Positions 36,701 to 44,458 are shown, counted from the first letter of the stretch. The stretch is 47,372 bases of DNA from an uncultured Bacilli bacterium (GCA_947630935.1 CANRJL010000001.1:1-47372); one strand, 5' to 3'. Program-made: numbers and translations. The notes: generated from the sequence alone by a model not told the origin.

Positions 36701-37645
36701 TGTTTTTAAAGTTATTCCATATGCTTTGTTGTTTTTTTGAGCTTCTTTAAACTTGCCATCTTCCGTATTAACATGAATTATAAATTCAGCTTTTTTGCCA
36801 TTTTCACTTACTGTTATTAGTTTTTTATCATTTTCTTTTCTGATATTACATTTATAACCATATTCACAACTTACTGTAAAATCATCCCAATATACTTTTT
36901 CAATATTGCTAGCATTTTTAATTTCAATTGTAAGGATTTCACTATGGTCATTTTCATGTTCTACTTTTTTGATTTTTGTTTCCCATTTAGCATCCCAAAT
37001 GATTCCACTATCAACTAATGAATTATAGATTTCTTTAGCACTTTTACCTTTATTAGCATCACTATTTACAGAATTTCCAGCCTCAATAGCTTTTTGATAT
37101 ATTTCTTTTAAAAATTTAGTATCATTTTGCCAACTAGGCCAATAATTTGAATTTGTAAATAAGGTATCTTTTCGATAAGGTGCAACAGCATTTTGATCAC
37201 CACCAGTATCAAGTTTACCATAATATCCTTCAATTAATCTAAATAATGCTGTGCCTAATTTAACGCTTGTATTTGAACCTTTGCCTGCGCCAATTCCGGC
37301 GTCAATTAATTCTTGATAGCCAACCGTTAAAGCGACATCTAAGTCCTGTTTATTAGATTCCTGTGGATGAAGCGTTCTAATACATTTACTATTACTACCA
37401 GAATTATGACTTTTTCCAGGAGCCATGCAAAATAATTTACCGACTATGCCACCATTTACATAAGCATTATAATTATGAATTTCATGTTTACCTGCTGCAT
37501 AAAAGGCACCACCAGTAAGTGATACTCTAACTAACTCATATGGGCAAGTATAAACATTTAAATCAATTGTTGTTGCTTTGACTGGCAAAACTTGAAAAAA
37601 TGTTAAGATGCATACAAATGCAATTGTTTCTAATATCTTTTTCAT
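33797..37645 (-). CDS. Very large secreted Cys-rich protein (candidate adhesin or filament-associated protein)
   Basis: 1282 aa with AGGGGGA RBS. Sec signal MKKILETIAFVCILTFFQVLPVKA. Many Cys throughout (count not tallied), in C-x-C, CxxC and CPTC contexts. Residues ~371-556 carry YY-x-x-x-G modules like those in the sortase substrates. No cell-wall sorting signal or C-terminal TM. Confidence 0.8.
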   Translation of the reverse strand: MKKILETIAFVCILTFFQVLPVKATTIDLNVYTCPYELVRVSLTGGAFYAAGKHEIHNYNAYVNGGIVGKLFCMAPGKSHNSGSNSKCIRTLHPQESNKQDLDVALTVGYQELIDAGIGAGKGSNTSVKLGTALFRLIEGYYGKLDTGGDQNAVAPYRKDTLFTNSNYWPSWQNDTKFLKEIYQKAIEAGNSVNSDANKGKSAKEIYNSLVDSGIIWDAKWETKIKKVEHENDHSEILTIEIKNASNIEKVYWDDFTVSCEYGYKCNIRKENDKKLITVSENGKKAEFIIHVNTEDGKFKEAQKNNKAYGITLKTAWSDKHSAQANVAYYGPINSNGDRNYSLQNQLLLRNYGSDDIYLSDLDLVWDNDTCECKKDNQGKYYYEVTRVEKVNDEPTGKTTTEKMYLDDKNASTFEKNYHCSPDLCQEDENHKCEIVDGVYYGNDGSKLANAEEFTKQCGCREDNGTYYDKEGKVTTKKTYLNQCKKTCQKVTKNGVTTFYGPDPESEEDDNEATYLAECTKECSIEEIDDVKHYICSNGEECASEEQYKTECECGKYEKECKEGDSSSCEDYKTYCTNCFANVTLPSTCNDFDAESTVSGTISDINRTPTECNSSANQVKKCVIDHTDQMNNSFEATSIFKGNPYCKVWCDEEYNFTVPTAKYSQSGGYFELETTIKGTRNCYISGATDPSKGIDETKYLKDVKTAQQNLINAFNEYIKYKKAEESAPETVAEGASDEFQAQYVWYIYKPDEENKLTEAKVTSTFNGVKSTFTAKKDDAEKTYNNAKQALENVQNSYKQCTEWTNDMKFDPIIKYTYGEDNNDEKTVDNAYNDIVTKKEDNLPAFSEKSKTTDSKNVYCGTDVNDEYKCTGQSYNDEQMKENLTTTEQIVSCNDATCKLENKTRYTVQRVQKTVTNTGVYVPRGQFSTYTQYGAIKVNAEQCIQDSNGVYKDCLWTRLPDSSLPVSLRQHKGVFQFKFYFKNIGQNNTNGELGRLINDAAEDGKSEEVKSVIEAYSNLPEENKCGTTTPTSIDGGYVCHYINNCPTCHVTCEGGSCDITNDSKKDCPTCIVDGSDEIEDNDELTSKAVFRSVTTGNLFPNECKDGNTENCRQTGYNWNLSNGGKTTSQSGGQTSTEGQNSGQTQASGNTTDASKKAEVTRNEIEETGEYAYTQSEYSYTLTRQNMINLRKYNKAAGSYSNTAIPTISSLSASGEDAIYCENHTINGVDYSVNCKSRFLDIGEENDYFTENKRNEDFVLWTNTNYCQGGVCLDRVTGVGPSWK

Positions 37646-37661
37646 TTCTTATTCCCCCTTA

Positions 37662-38378
37662 CTAAATCTTCCTCTTTTTATTTCTTTTTATTTGAACAAT
37701 GATAGCAATCATCATTATTACTATAAGAACGGTGCCACCGATATACCAGTAAATTCTATTTTTAGATGCTAATTCTTCAGCTCCTTTAAAATAATTGTTA
37801 TTGCTATTTACATATTCATTTTGAATTTTTTCTTCATCTACTTCAATGTTTGTTGTAACATATTTTTCACAATAATATGCATCTTTATTTTCGCAAAGGG
37901 CTTGGTCAGCTAATTCATTATACATTGGAGTCAATACTTTTATTTCTCTTAATTCTTCATTAGAACATCCGGAAACATCGGAAAAAATTTTGATAGTATA
38001 AGTTCTTATCTTTTGAGTATCAGGAACTCTTAAAGAAAAACTACCATTAACTAAATCTCTAGCGTGATACTCTTCATCAATATGTTCTTCTTCATTTGTA
38101 ATTCGAAAATAAATTTGATCAGTTATATTGTATATTTTAACATTAAAATGTTCAGCAAAGTAATAACCACTATTCAAGGTATTAGCTATTTCATCAGATA
38201 CTTCTGGATGGGGATTACCTTCATAATCTTCTTTTACTCGTTCCATTTCATAAGTGCCTACGACATTAGCCGCAGCTGTACTGATTTCATTTTGTGTTTT
38301 ATAATCACATTCAGCATGTACTGTTTGGCTTAACAACGCACACATAGCAATTAAAAAAATTAACCCTTTTTTTCGCAT
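37662..38378 (-). CDS. Type I membrane protein, first gene of the Tad-like block
   Basis: Preferred start is ATG 38378 (MRKKGLIFLIAMCALLSQTVHA signal); ORF-track start 38438 is TTG. C-terminal TM YWYIGGTVLIVIMMIAIIV plus a KRNKKRK tail. Confidence 0.65.
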   Translation of the reverse strand: MRKKGLIFLIAMCALLSQTVHAECDYKTQNEISTAAANVVGTYEMERVKEDYEGNPHPEVSDEIANTLNSGYYFAEHFNVKIYNITDQIYFRITNEEEHIDEEYHARDLVNGSFSLRVPDTQKIRTYTIKIFSDVSGCSNEELREIKVLTPMYNELADQALCENKDAYYCEKYVTTNIEVDEEKIQNEYVNSNNNYFKGAEELASKNRIYWYIGGTVLIVIMMIAIIVQIKRNKKRKI

Positions 38379-38532
38379 AATTATTCCATCCAATCTAAAA
38401 TATATAAGTATTGTATCAAAATATCTTTTGTTTTTCAATCATTTTATACTTTTTCTATTTTATTAATTTCTACTATTCAAAAATGCTTCTTTATGATATA
38501 TTTTTAATTAGAAAAATAGATTGGAGTTATAT

Positions 38533-39249
38533 ATGAAAAGTATACATTTTAAAGAATTATTAAAGGCTTTTGGAATTATTTTATTGTATTTAGTTTTGGT
38601 TCCAACTTTTGTAACAATTATTTTTAAAATTTTTATTAAAGATATTAATAATCTTTCTATGGCTATTTTAGTAAATCTGATATCTTATTTTATAGATATT
38701 GTTATTATTTATCTTATTTATCATAAAAGTTTGAAAGAAGAATGGAAACGATTCATTAAAAATTTTAAAGCTTATGCCAAAATTGCTTTGCAAAATTGGG
38801 CTAAAGGTTTTCTAGCTATGTTTTTATTTAATTTTTTAATTATTTTAGTTTATCATAATATGGCGGCTAATGAAGAATCTAATCGTCAATTACTAGAACA
38901 ATTACCTATTTTTTCACTTATTTCTATGATCTTTTTAGGTCCTTTCTTTGAAGAAATTACTTTTCGAAAAGGTTTTAAAAAAGCTTTTGATAATCCCAAG
39001 ACATTTTTAATTGTTACTTCATTATTATTTGGTGGCGCTCATTTAATTACTAGTTTTGATTTGCATTCTTTTGATGCTTTTGTAAAAAGTCTTCCTCAAT
39101 TATTATACATTTTTTCATATGGCTCTTTAGGTTATTTTTTTGGAAAAGCTTATTATGAAACAGATTGTATTTTTACAAGTATTTTAGCTCACGTTTTGCA
39201 TAATGGTTTGACAGTTTTTATTTTATTATTAAGTGCTAGTCTTTTATAG
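38533..39249 (+). CDS. CPBP-family intramembrane glutamic protease (CAAX/Abi type)
   Basis: Preferred start is ATG 38533 (ORF-track start 38521 is TTG). Motifs EEITFRKG, FGGAHL and HVLHN lie in a polytopic membrane protein. Confidence 0.8.
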   Translation: MKSIHFKELLKAFGIILLYLVLVPTFVTIIFKIFIKDINNLSMAILVNLISYFIDIVIIYLIYHKSLKEEWKRFIKNFKAYAKIALQNWAKGFLAMFLFNFLIILVYHNMAANEESNRQLLEQLPIFSLISMIFLGPFFEEITFRKGFKKAFDNPKTFLIVTSLLFGGAHLITSFDLHSFDAFVKSLPQLLYIFSYGSLGYFFGKAYYETDCIFTSILAHVLHNGLTVFILLLSASLL

Positions 39250-39259
39250 GTGAAAGTTT

Positions 39260-40111
39260 ATGGAAAATATAGTTAGTGATAAAAAAAAATTAGGGCTTTT
39301 ACCTAAAATTCTTATTATTCTTTTTTTATTAATTCTTCTTATTTACTGTTGGATGCATTTTGGTGAGCCAAAAATTATAACGGTGAAAGATTTTATTATT
39401 CAAGATGAAAAAATTCCTTTATCTTTTGATGGGTTTACAATTGTTCATTTTTCAGATATCCATTTTGGAAGAACTACTAATGAAAAAGAATTAAATAAAG
39501 TTGTCGATAAAATTAATGAAATTGATGCAGATATTGTTTTGTTTTCAGGTGATTTATTTGATCCTTATATTACTTTGTCTGATGAAAATATTTCTTATTT
39601 ACAAGATACTTTTAAAAAGATAAATGCCAAAATGAAAAAATATGCTGTAGTTGGCGATTATGATACGGACCATTTAGATGTTTATGAACAAATTTTAAAA
39701 TCTAGTAATTTTGAATTATTAAATGGTCATAATCAAAGTATTTATTATAAAGGAAATGTTCCAATTTATATAAGTGGTATTGCTTCTATTTCAAAAATTA
39801 CACCTGATTATAGCAACGCTTTTAGTAAAGATGGTGATTATTTACAATTATTTTTAAGTCATGAACCAGGAGTTATTAATGATATCAAAAATAAAGCAGA
39901 TTATGTTTTTAGTGGTCATACCCTAGGTGGTCAAATACGAATTCCTTTTGTGGGCGGAATTAAAAAAATGCCTAACTCTTCTATTTATGAAATTGGAAAA
40001 TATAATGTGGATAAGGCAACTTTATTTGTAAATAATGGGATTGGTACCCAAGATATTTCATTACGGCTGTTTAATTTGCCAACTATTTATTGTTATCGTT
40101 TTGTTAAGTAA
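39260..40111 (+). CDS. Membrane-anchored metallophosphoesterase (calcineurin-like)
   Basis: 283 aa with AGGTGA RBS. N-terminal TM, then HFSDIHFG, SGDLFD, GDYD and SGHTLGGQIRIP motifs. Confidence 0.85.
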   Translation: MENIVSDKKKLGLLPKILIILFLLILLIYCWMHFGEPKIITVKDFIIQDEKIPLSFDGFTIVHFSDIHFGRTTNEKELNKVVDKINEIDADIVLFSGDLFDPYITLSDENISYLQDTFKKINAKMKKYAVVGDYDTDHLDVYEQILKSSNFELLNGHNQSIYYKGNVPIYISGIASISKITPDYSNAFSKDGDYLQLFLSHEPGVINDIKNKADYVFSGHTLGGQIRIPFVGGIKKMPNSSIYEIGKYNVDKATLFVNNGIGTQDISLRLFNLPTIYCYRFVK

Positions 40112-40164
40112 TATTTGAAGTTTTAGTATCTCATAAAAAAAACCGCTGATTGGCAGTTTTTTTA

Positions 40165-40587
40165 TTAGACACATTCTACATATGTATCTGATAAACAGCG
40201 AAGTGCGCATACACAACTTAAATCAATTGTAAAAAATGAATTTGTTGCAACGTATGGATTTAAACTTGTCGTATCTGGATTATCTTCAAGAACTCTACAA
40301 GTACAGCAGTTATTATCTACTTTTTCTACTCGAAAGATAGTAGATGTTGTTTGTGGTGTGACGGGATCTTTGGTAGTTGGCATAGATAATGGTGTTCCAT
40401 TAGCACAGCAAGTGAAAAGTTGAATTGGTCTAGTATTACATACTAAGCAGTTTGGGCCGCCTCCTAATACAGGTCGGTCACATGAATCTAAGCAAGAATC
40501 TGGACATGCATTTTGTTGTAAAACTAAGATGACATTTAGTATTTCTGAGATGCAGTTAGAATTATTATCGTTGTTACACATAAACAT
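40165..40587 (-). CDS. CotY/CotZ/ExsY-family Cys-rich spore coat/crust protein
   Basis: 140 aa. CISEILNVILVLQQNA, IFRVEKVDNNCCTCRVL and FFTIDLSCVCALRCL parallel B. subtilis CotZ segments as I recall them (FFRVERV..., IEVDLDCFCAINCL). Contains 19 Cys. Confidence 0.7.
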   Translation of the reverse strand: MFMCNNDNNSNCISEILNVILVLQQNACPDSCLDSCDRPVLGGGPNCLVCNTRPIQLFTCCANGTPLSMPTTKDPVTPQTTSTIFRVEKVDNNCCTCRVLEDNPDTTSLNPYVATNSFFTIDLSCVCALRCLSDTYVECV

Positions 40588-40691
40588 TTTCCCCTTTCCT
40601 ATATTCTCACTAATAATTTATGTTAATTTTTAAAAATCGTGCATTTTTCCAAAAAGTATAGTATAATTCTTTTAAAGTGAGGTTGATAGAA

Positions 40692-41009
40692 ATGGATCAA
40701 TGGTTAATTTATACCATTATTATATGTAGTTTGTTATTTATTTCGCTAATTGTTGCTAAGTTAATGCGAAAAGATTTTAATATTGAAGCTAATAAATTAA
40801 TTACTTATTTAGGTGGAAAAGACAATATTGTTAATGCAGAATGTAATATGTCGCGTTTTAAAGTTATTTTAAAAGATGTTAGCATTGTGGACAAAGATGC
40901 AATTACGAAACTTGGCGCGAAAGGAATTGTGGAAATTGATAATCAGTTAAAAATTATTTTTGGTAAGGATGCCAAAGAATTAAAACGCTATATTGATCAA
41001 TTAATATAG
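40692..41009 (+). CDS. Membrane-anchored PTS EIIB-like domain protein (orphan)
   Basis: Preferred start is ATG 40692 (ORF-track start 40677 is GTG). N-terminal TM, then LITYLGGKDNIVNAECNMSRFKVILKD, which resembles the glucose-family EIIB Cys loop (canonical C-[AI]-T-R-L-R). Confidence 0.55.
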   Translation: MDQWLIYTIIICSLLFISLIVAKLMRKDFNIEANKLITYLGGKDNIVNAECNMSRFKVILKDVSIVDKDAITKLGAKGIVEIDNQLKIIFGKDAKELKRYIDQLI

Positions 41010-41021
41010 CGTTTTTTTTTT
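40982..41021 (+). terminator. Strong intrinsic terminator of the EIIB-like gene
   Basis: 13-bp stem AAAACGCTATATT / AATATAGCGTTTT with an 8-nt loop, running into a T10 tract. It overlaps the stop codon. Confidence 0.7.
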
Positions 41022-41023
41022 AT

Positions 41024-41065
41024 AATAAAAAGGCCTGTGAGTGAACCCCCTTAGACACCCACAGG
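41024..41065 (-). terminator. Putative terminator of the glucosaminidase gene
   Basis: Stem CCTGTGAGTG / CACCCACAGG (one mismatch) with a 12-nt loop. On the minus strand it is followed by CCTTTTTATTAT. A T6 on the plus side makes it potentially bidirectional. Confidence 0.5.
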
Positions 41066-41069
41066 TTTT

Positions 41070-41750
41070 TTAACTATTTTGTATTTTTTCCATATAATCT
41101 CTAATTTTAGTTGCCCATGTATTACTCATTGCATAACGAGGTCCAATAGTTTCTGGAGTCGTTAAGCCTTTTGAAACATAATTATTTGCTAAATTGCTAA
41201 TCATGGCTTTTATTCCTGAATCTAAGGAATCAAAACTTCCGTATGCGCCACAACCACTGCCTTTCATACCCCCAACATTATTACAAGTTTTGACTAAATA
41301 ACTACATTCCCAAGTACATCCTGTTTCATGAAGAGTAACTGCGACAGCTAAAAATGGGTCGACACCATATTCAAGAGAATAATTAGCAAAAGCATAGCCA
41401 TATCCGGTTAAATCGCTTTTAAAGGAACGGTCTAACTTAGCTGTTAATTCATCTAAAGTCATTCCTTCATAAACAATTACAGGAGATGAGGTTGCAAATT
41501 TAGCAACTTCAATTTCTTGTTTTAATGAGCTTAAATCATTTAAAGCTAAGACATCAATATTTTGTTTTTCAATATTATTTTTGACAACAATTGATTCTAA
41601 AACCGTGTTGCCTAATGTGGTAAATGCTGCTGTAGGTTGTAATACAGTAATTTCTTTAATTTTATTTGCTGTAAACTCAATACAACTAATTGCGATAACG
41701 GCTAATAAAATGGCCTTTATCGACGGTAATTTTTTCATTTTAATTCCCAT
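41070..41750 (-). CDS. Glucosaminidase-domain cell-wall hydrolase (LytD/FlgJ-type fold)
   Basis: 226 aa. Signal/anchor KKLPSIKAILLAVIAISC. FLAVAVTLHETG...NNVGGMKG...FDSLDSGIKAMISNL fits the mannosyl-glycoprotein endo-beta-N-acetylglucosaminidase pattern. The start could instead be ATG 41738. Confidence 0.65.
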   Translation of the reverse strand: MGIKMKKLPSIKAILLAVIAISCIEFTANKIKEITVLQPTAAFTTLGNTVLESIVVKNNIEKQNIDVLALNDLSSLKQEIEVAKFATSSPVIVYEGMTLDELTAKLDRSFKSDLTGYGYAFANYSLEYGVDPFLAVAVTLHETGCTWECSYLVKTCNNVGGMKGSGCGAYGSFDSLDSGIKAMISNLANNYVSKGLTTPETIGPRYAMSNTWATKIRDYMEKIQNS

Positions 41751-41902
41751 CCTTCTTTTTTTCCGGAAGTGATTACATTGTACTACAGTTTATTTATTTT
41801 GTCAAATTTTCAGAGCCGGTTTTAGCGAACTATTGTTTTCTTTAAATGCTAGTTTAGCTTTTGGTTAAGCTATATAAATATTAGTAATATTTTTTTTAAT
41901 AT

Positions 41903-42424
41903 TTAGCCAAAAAAGAGAAATGTTATAAAAAAGGCAGCCAAAATACCAACGGCATCGGCAAATAAACCAGCACTTAAAGCATGCCTAGTTTTGGTCACTT
42001 TAATTGAGCCAAAATACAAAGCAAGAACGTAAATAGTTGTATCAGTACAGCCTTGTAAGGTCGAAGCTAAACGACCAACTAAAGAATCAGGACCATAAAC
42101 ATTAAAAATATTATTCATTATAGCAAGCGTAGCTGTTCCAGAAATTGGTCTTATAAAAGCCATTGGCAAGATACTAATGGGAATTTGGAAATGGTTAAAA
42201 ATGGGGTTTAGAAAAGAAAAAACAAATTCTAAAAAATGAGAATTTAAAAATAAATTAGTGGCAAAAACCATGGCAATAACAGCAGGCGCAATATGAAATG
42301 TAGTTATAATACCATCTTTAGCCCCTACTAAAAAAGAATCATAAATTTTAGTTTTATGTTTTAAGGCATAAAGTAAAATAAACAAAACAAATATAGGAAC
42401 GATATAATTTGATATTTGATTCAT
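41903..42424 (-). CDS. spmB: Spore maturation protein B
   Basis: 173-aa polytopic nucleoside-recognition-type membrane protein. It overlaps spmA by 4 nt, in the dacB-spmA-spmB order known from B. subtilis. Confidence 0.8.
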   Translation of the reverse strand: MNQISNYIVPIFVLFILLYALKHKTKIYDSFLVGAKDGIITTFHIAPAVIAMVFATNLFLNSHFLEFVFSFLNPIFNHFQIPISILPMAFIRPISGTATLAIMNNIFNVYGPDSLVGRLASTLQGCTDTTIYVLALYFGSIKVTKTRHALSAGLFADAVGILAAFFITFLFFG

Positions 42425-42996
42425 CTTTTCCTCCTTTTTCGATAATCATAATACAATCCCGCGAGTGAAGAACAAGTGGTCGCTAATAAACTTGTAATAA
42501 TGATTTCAGAAGGATTGGCACTTTGATTCATCATTCGAAGGGCAATGACAGTTGTGGGGATAATTGTTACTCCGCCAGTATTTAAAATTAAAAAGGTTAC
42601 CATTGCTTCTGTAGCAGTATCTTTTTGCTGATTATCTTTTTGCATTGCTTCCATGGCTTTTAAACCAAAGGGAGTTGCTGCACTTCCTAAGCCTAAGGCG
42701 TTGGCAGCAATATTAGAGGCAATATAACCTAAAGCAGGATGATTAGGTTTTAAAGAAGGAAAAAGTTTAGTTAATAAAGGTCTAACAATATTCGAAAATT
42801 TTTGTAATAAACCCGAATCTTCAGCAATTTGCATAATTCCTGACCATAACACTAATAAGGGCAACATATCCCATAATAATTGTAAACCATCAATTCCTCC
42901 TTTTAAAATTTCATTATTTAAGAGTGAGATATTGCCAGTAATTATCATATAAAATGCTGATATGATAATAAATGATACCCATATTATATTTACCAT
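42421..42996 (-). CDS. spmA: Spore maturation protein A
   Basis: 191-aa polytopic membrane protein. It overlaps the dacB stop by 7 nt, in the conserved operon position. Confidence 0.8.
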   Translation of the reverse strand: MVNIIWVSFIIISAFYMIITGNISLLNNEILKGGIDGLQLLWDMLPLLVLWSGIMQIAEDSGLLQKFSNIVRPLLTKLFPSLKPNHPALGYIASNIAANALGLGSAATPFGLKAMEAMQKDNQQKDTATEAMVTFLILNTGGVTIIPTTVIALRMMNQSANPSEIIITSLLATTCSSLAGLYYDYRKRRKR

Positions 42997-44051
42997 TTAA
43001 ATAACCACCGAAAGAACCTGTTAAAAAATCCTTCTTTCTTATTATTTATCTGTTGTTCTTCTTTTTTATATATCTTTACAGTTCCTAATAATTGATTTTC
43101 TAAATAAATATTGGCTACTCCTACTTCAGGTTCATTTTGATTATTAATTTGAAAATCAATTTTTATTTTTTCTTGTTCTTCAGTTGTTAGTAAAGCATAA
43201 AAAGGTTCTTTTAAATAATACTTGTCTTCATTTTCAGGGTCTATTACTGTTTTCTCGTCTAAAAGTTTTACGCGATTATATTTTTGCAAATTTCGTTCAT
43301 GAAGATTTTTATGGTCTGCAAAATCATTGCCATCATTTAAAGTTACAACAATTGTTGTCTTAGAATTTTCTTGGGCAGAGGTAACTAAAGTTCGCTTAGC
43401 TTTTTTGGTAAAACCAGTTTTACCACCAATTAATTTATTATAAGAAAATAAAAGTTTATTTTTATTTTGCCATACATAAGTTTTGCCATCTGTTTTAGCT
43501 GTATAAGATTTTGTCTTAATAATTTCTTTAAATACAGCATTATTTAGAGCATAACGCATTAATAAGGCCATATCATAGGCAGTTGATGTGTTACCTTCGC
43601 CATCTTTTTCTTCTAAGCCATGGTTATTTAAAAATTTAGTATGACTCATTCCTAATTCATAAGCTTTTTCATTCATTTTTTTGACAAAATTTTCCATATT
43701 ACCACTTACGGCATAAGCTATTTCAATCGCAGCATCATTCCCACTTCTTAGCATTAAACCATAGAGCAAATCTTTTAAGGTTATTTGTTCATTCATAGTT
43801 ATATAAATAGCACTTCCATAAGCATTTAAAACTTCTTTACCAACTTTGACAATAGTATCTAATTTCTTATTTTCTAAGGCTATAATACAAGTCATTATTT
43901 TAGTTGTACTAGCAATTAATTTTTCTTTATCAATATTTTTTCCTTCTAATACTCTTTTAGAATCGGCATCCATAACAATATATGCTTCGGCAGATATAGC
44001 ACTTATTTTTAAGGGTATTAGTAATAAAAAAATTGCAATTATCCCTTTCAT
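42990..44051 (-). CDS. dacB: D-alanyl-D-alanine carboxypeptidase (sporulation-type PBP5*)
   Basis: SxxK (ASTTKIMT), SGN (RSGNDAA) and KTG (GKTGFT) boxes. Preferred start is ATG 44051 (MKGIIAIFLLLIPLKISA signal) with an AGGTGA RBS; ORF-track start is 44114. Confidence 0.85.
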   Translation of the reverse strand: MKGIIAIFLLLIPLKISAISAEAYIVMDADSKRVLEGKNIDKEKLIASTTKIMTCIIALENKKLDTIVKVGKEVLNAYGSAIYITMNEQITLKDLLYGLMLRSGNDAAIEIAYAVSGNMENFVKKMNEKAYELGMSHTKFLNNHGLEEKDGEGNTSTAYDMALLMRYALNNAVFKEIIKTKSYTAKTDGKTYVWQNKNKLLFSYNKLIGGKTGFTKKAKRTLVTSAQENSKTTIVVTLNDGNDFADHKNLHERNLQKYNRVKLLDEKTVIDPENEDKYYLKEPFYALLTTEEQEKIKIDFQINNQNEPEVGVANIYLENQLLGTVKIYKKEEQQINNKKEGFFNRFFRWLFKW

Positions 44052-44071
44052 ATTTTCACCTAAAAAAGTAT

Positions 44072-44100
44072 ATGAAAAAATAGACTTTTTTAGTCTATTT
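44072..44100 (-). terminator. Hairpin/terminator between the 101-aa gene and dacB
   Basis: AAATAGACT-AAAAA-AGTCTATTT on the minus strand directly after the TGA stop, running into a T-rich stretch. Confidence 0.45.
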
Positions 44101-44406
44101 TCACAGTAATTCAATTTTTTTTATACTAGCAATGGGAATTTGTTTATTATCTAAGGTTAACAAATTATTATTATTTTTGCCTACTAATACAATCTCTTTT
44201 ATTCCTGCATCAGTAATAATTCGAACTTTTTTTTTATAGACAAAATCTTTTCGAGCAAAGATGGAATTAATTTCTTCAGTAATTTCATAATTACTCTGCT
44301 CTTTTGGTTCTTTTAATGTGCCATAAAAGTAATCTTCATTATTTCTGATTTCTTTTTCAATGGGGTTTTTAAATACTTTTGGTAAATCTTTTTTCACTTT
44401 TTTCAC
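44101..44406 (-). CDS. Hypothetical small protein
   Basis: 101-aa ORF, Lys/Glu-rich, with no recognisable motif. Confidence 0.5.
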   Translation of the reverse strand: MKKVKKDLPKVFKNPIEKEIRNNEDYFYGTLKEPKEQSNYEITEEINSIFARKDFVYKKKVRIITDAGIKEIVLVGKNNNNLLTLDNKQIPIASIKKIELL

Positions 44407-44458
44407 CTTCTTTAGTATTTTATGTTTAAATTTTTATTTTTTGACTCATATTAGTAAT

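Noticed and set aside
33797-37645. Thioester (TED) adhesin domain at the N-terminus of the 1282-aa protein (FCMAPG ... GTALFRL)
   Set aside because: The Cys context is only vaguely like the TED [YF]C-x-[EQ] motif, and the partner T-Q-x-A-[IV]-W Gln is absent (TALF). The support is not strong enough to call.
3645-38438. Mobile genomic island, prophage or ICE origin for the 35-kb surface-gene block
   Set aside because: There is no integrase, transposase, relaxase, phage structural gene, tRNA target or flanking direct repeat in the window. Composition differences were not computed, so horizontal origin stays untested rather than supported.
40112-40164. Terminator between the convergent metallophosphoesterase and CotY/Z-like genes (A8-CCGCTGATTGGCAG-T7)
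   Set aside because: Apart from A/T-tract pairing I could not form a convincing GC-containing stem. It is left unannotated.
44067-44074. CATATACT, resembling a sigma-E/sigma-K -10 element, upstream of dacB
   Set aside because: It ends only 15 nt from the ATG, so a transcript starting downstream of it would lack the AGGTGA RBS. The -35 region falls inside the terminator hairpin. It is probably fortuitous in AT-rich DNA.
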